DNA from: Lepidodermella squamata
Taxonomy: Eukaryota; Animalia; Gastrotricha
Direction: 5' to 3'
DNA length: 64,000 bases
Assembly: GCA_047495785.1 (NCBI GenBank)
Contig: JBLDXI010000040.1
Location: 1 to 64,000 of the forward strand
A program made the position numbers and the translations under genes. How positions within the stretch are numbered: the first letter of the stretch is position 1; the number at the start of each line of letters is the position of its first letter. Shown here piece after piece: positions 60,467-64,000 of this stretch. A model generated the notes under the pieces. It made no database searches. It was not told the DNA's origin and was given only the letters and a program-made list of their open reading frames with translations.

Positions 60467-61799
60467 TTAGCTAATGTTGGTTCCATAGCAATAGTCAAAG
60501 GAAGCGAAGCCATAGGCTGTAGATTTGCCAACCGACTGAGAACCCGGAGCATTGCCGAGGGCAAGACAACAAGCGTGGAAAGATGCGAAGGAGTAGACGC
60601 GATTTTTTGTAGCCTGTAACAATACGGTACCATAATGTAATCAAAAACTGTAGTATTTCGAGAGTAACTCACCAGAGTAGCAGAGATCAATTGATCTCTG
60701 CTTTGATCTGCGGTGTGCGGGAAGCGGACGCATGAACCACCAGCGGAGTCAGTAGAAGGACTAGTGACAATGTATGGAGTGCTGTTTGCAGCGCCGACGC
60801 ATACCTGCACAGGGGCAGCAGGGGGAGTTTGGGGCAGCATTTCGTATCGGATGTTGGCAGGTGTTGCGGTCGTGGATGCGCAGCACAAATCGAAAGTTGT
60901 GAAGCTAGCGGGAGGAGAAGCGGCCGCAGCTGTAGTCAAAATTGAGTTGCAAGCTCCTCCGTTTGACATGCAAAACTTGATATTGGTCTGGGCAGCAGTA
61001 CCGGAGACCTGGGTATTTGCGATGTTGCATTGAATAAATGAGGACTGCCGGAAAAAAAAATTGCACATTCAGCCTAGGTATTTCACGACAGAGGGGGGTT
61101 CGAGATAAATACTGATGAAAAATACTCAAAACGGGAATAAAAATGCATAAATACCATAGCTTTGATCCCTCTAAATTAAAACTAAATGACCTTCAACAAG
61201 TGAAAAGTGAGGTTTGGCGAAATGCCTGAAAATATGAGATTTCGATGCCACTTTCAATAAGGCCGGCTCATGGTTGCTGAGAAAACTGGCTTCAAAGTTT
61301 ACGGGTGAAAATACACTATGGGACATGTCGAGTTCAACAGACATAATTTAACAAACTAAGAATCGTCCTCGCAGATTTTGAGATTTGCTTGAAAATTCAG
61401 AAAATTCGCTATTCATTTTAGAAATACATAGCTTATTTTTTCCGAATAAAATCGAATAATCGACAAATGGTTGCGCAAATCATGGGACTGGCAATAATTG
61501 AGCACCCGATCAACTTCCAATTCAAACGCTTATAAAATTACCGCAGAAGTCTGGCAAGTCTGGCCATTTGTTGCGCACTGATCGGCAGTTTTAGCGACGC
61601 AATTGTTAGTTGAGGCGTCGCAGGTGTTTGCTGTTGTTTGGCAGGCAGAGCCAGTGGCGCATGGGTTGGCCGTGTTCAGGCAGCTTTGACCCGATGAGCA
61701 AGTGGAGCCAGTTGGGCACGGAGTCGTAGTTGTCGAAGCTGGGCAGGCTGTAACAGCAGCACAGGCGGCAGCGAGAATCGTCAGAGTAAGGTAAGCCAT
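60467..61799 (-). CDS. Secreted Cys-rich protein E; exons 61799-61542, 61044-60673, 60613-60467 (no middle intron)
   Basis: Signal peptide identical to gene C; IKFCMSNGGAC, FTTFDLCCA, CVGAA, CVRFPHTA, FHACCLALG; two phase-0 introns. Confidence 0.9.
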
Positions 61800-64000
61800 A
61801 GAAAAAGATTCAAGAAGACTGTTATTCCCGAAGCGCGATTTCGACGGGAATTTATATCTGTGCCGCCTTTTGTCAGAAGTACTTCGCATCAACTACCTTA
61901 TTCGTTATGAAACTTCCGAAGGTTCTAAGAACTGTGATGTTGAGACGGGGAATCTTTAACGATTTAACGCTGTCGAGGTATTTGAATCTTCATCGAAATA
62001 TATCAGTGAAAGCAAATAACAAGAAATCGATGCAAGGTTACGCGCGTGATTATTCGAATGAATACGAACTATGTTAATGATGCATGGGCTTTCGTCTTCT
62101 GGGGCGAAAAAAATGCGCTATCAATCATGTGACATGTAAAAAACTCCAGGTGGTTCTGACAGACAAACAACACACTCCAGCTTTCATTTGTGATAATTTA
62201 ACTTCAAAGGATTATTACTTTTTGTGTGAACATTTGAAGATTAGTGGCCGTTAATTATAGCGCATTTCAGATCGAAAATTCCTCGGCATCAAATAGAATT
62301 ATCTTGGTCTGGGTGGATGTTTCCGAAGAGACTGTCCACTTATATGGGAGATCAAAATGCATACATTAACACAATTAAACAAAAATATTAAGCGAAGATT
62401 GAATATTAAGAAGAAAAATATTTCGGCCATGAGCTCGAATGAATCTTCGGAGAAAATCCTTATATGTTGTAATGATTTACTTGGTACTTGCACAAACGAT
62501 TACGCACAAAAGACATTGCACAAACGAGATGTTTGTAGCAAGTTCCAATCCTCAATGAAAATAACATATAACGAATATAACGCAGTCACGTTATCTCTTA
62601 TAAAAATGATATAGTAGTAACAGGATTTTGATTTATACTTTATACTACTACTACTACTACCACTATTACTGTACTACTGCTATGTTATTTTCATTGAGGA
62701 AAATTCGTTTTTGCAAACATTTTTTTGGAAGTGTTTTTGTGGTACGTCTTTTGCGCAAAATCGCTGTTGCACGTACAGACACACCGTTGAAATATGGGAT
62801 TTTTCAAACTTTTCTGCACCAAGCTTCACATTCAAGGTAGAATTGATCCAATCTTTTTTCGCGGCTCTTAGCTCTCTTTCCGTTTTCCTCTTTCCGTATT
62901 CACATGCAAACTGTAGCACTGCCGTTATACAAGAAGCGAACTGGTATACAACTATGCCCGGGGGACAAAGGCATGCCAATAATGGATAGGGAAAGTTGGG
63001 AAACGTTTAATTTCTCAATTAAGATGATTATCGCGGTAATGGCATCGCGATGAGCATCCAATGTGATTTTGAAGCTAAATGGAGACTCCCAAGGCTTATA
63101 AAAGCTTCGTTCTTTCCAATTCTAACTTCAAACATTTGTAATAATTTTTTTCATAGCTTGTTTAAAATTTCTCGAATCGGAACCCGACGTGGGCTGCTGG
63201 CGCTCGGAAGGCCAGGAAGGTCATGATACTTATTAGGGATTTTGTCAGTCAATTGTTGATGTGCCACCTTTTATTCTGGCTGCAACAGTTTGCAAGGGAA
63301 TACGGCATGTGTCACACTCATAGACATAATTTAGGATAGACTGCCTACTCACGAGAAAAGGGTGGAACACCATGGGTCGCAGATGTTCAGCTGAATCATG
63401 AAAAACGCTCAAAATTTCGGTGGGAAAGTAAACAAAGCCTTTGATTTTTCTTCGATCGATTTCGTTAAATCAGCGCTGGTTCCCTCAATTTTGTTGATGG
63501 AACCGGGAAGAGAATTTCGAGAGGAACAAGATGGTTATTTTTTCGTGAAATTATGATTTTTTTAAATTAGACAAAATGCATTTTATAGTTTTTGAGCCAG
63601 CAAATAAAATGGGAAATCGACAAGAATAAAAGTGAAATTGAATCAATTATCGATGGATCTAAACGCGGCTTGGCATGAGCTCTCTTTTAAGCCCAAGTTT
63701 GACCTTCGACGATTTTTTACTGAATTATAACAATTTTTTGAAGTTTTTCGGTGGGAAACACCATTAATTTTTGCTTGTTAGCAAAACAGACACAAACAAA
63801 CACGTGATTCATGCGCATGAATCTAAACCAGAACACAGCGCGAACCTTGCGCGTGAATCACATGTTTTGCTAAGATGTCCAATCCAAAAGTAATGGTTTT
63901 TTCCACCGAGAATCCTTCAAAAAATTTCTAAAATTCAGTAAAAAATCGTTGAAGGTCAAGCTTGGGCTCAAAAGACAGCTCACGCCAAGCCGCGTTTGGA

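Overview
Compact animal (invertebrate-type) genomic DNA with short GT-AG introns (mostly 48-66 nt); not prokaryotic. Bases 1-16 match a PacBio barcode as I recall it (bc1003). They are followed by a near-perfect 8.5-kb inverted duplication (17-8524 / 9213-17721) that is most likely an amplification or assembly artefact. The unique content is dominated by two gene families I cannot assign to any known family, and they are interleaved. One is a set of intronless ~8-TM membrane proteins made of two 4-TM halves: six intact genes plus one pseudogene, four of them in a tight co-oriented, operon-like array. The other is a set of secreted Cys/Thr/Ser-rich proteins with conserved phase-0 introns: four intact genes plus one pseudogene, one with an RFX X-box cluster upstream and one with a mosaic structure. 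Embedded in this cluster are a divergent ANTP-like homeobox gene with Arg at homeodomain position 50 (homeodomain exon missed by the ORF track) and a bacterial-type secreted beta-lactamase-family serine hydrolase carrying a spliceosomal intron (candidate horizontal transfer). The rest is mobile DNA: a decayed Jockey/I-group LINE interrupted by a Tc1/mariner-type element, a decayed Helitron with a nested non-autonomous Helitron, several MITEs, LINE fragments, and a 179-bp satellite of ~15.8 copies.
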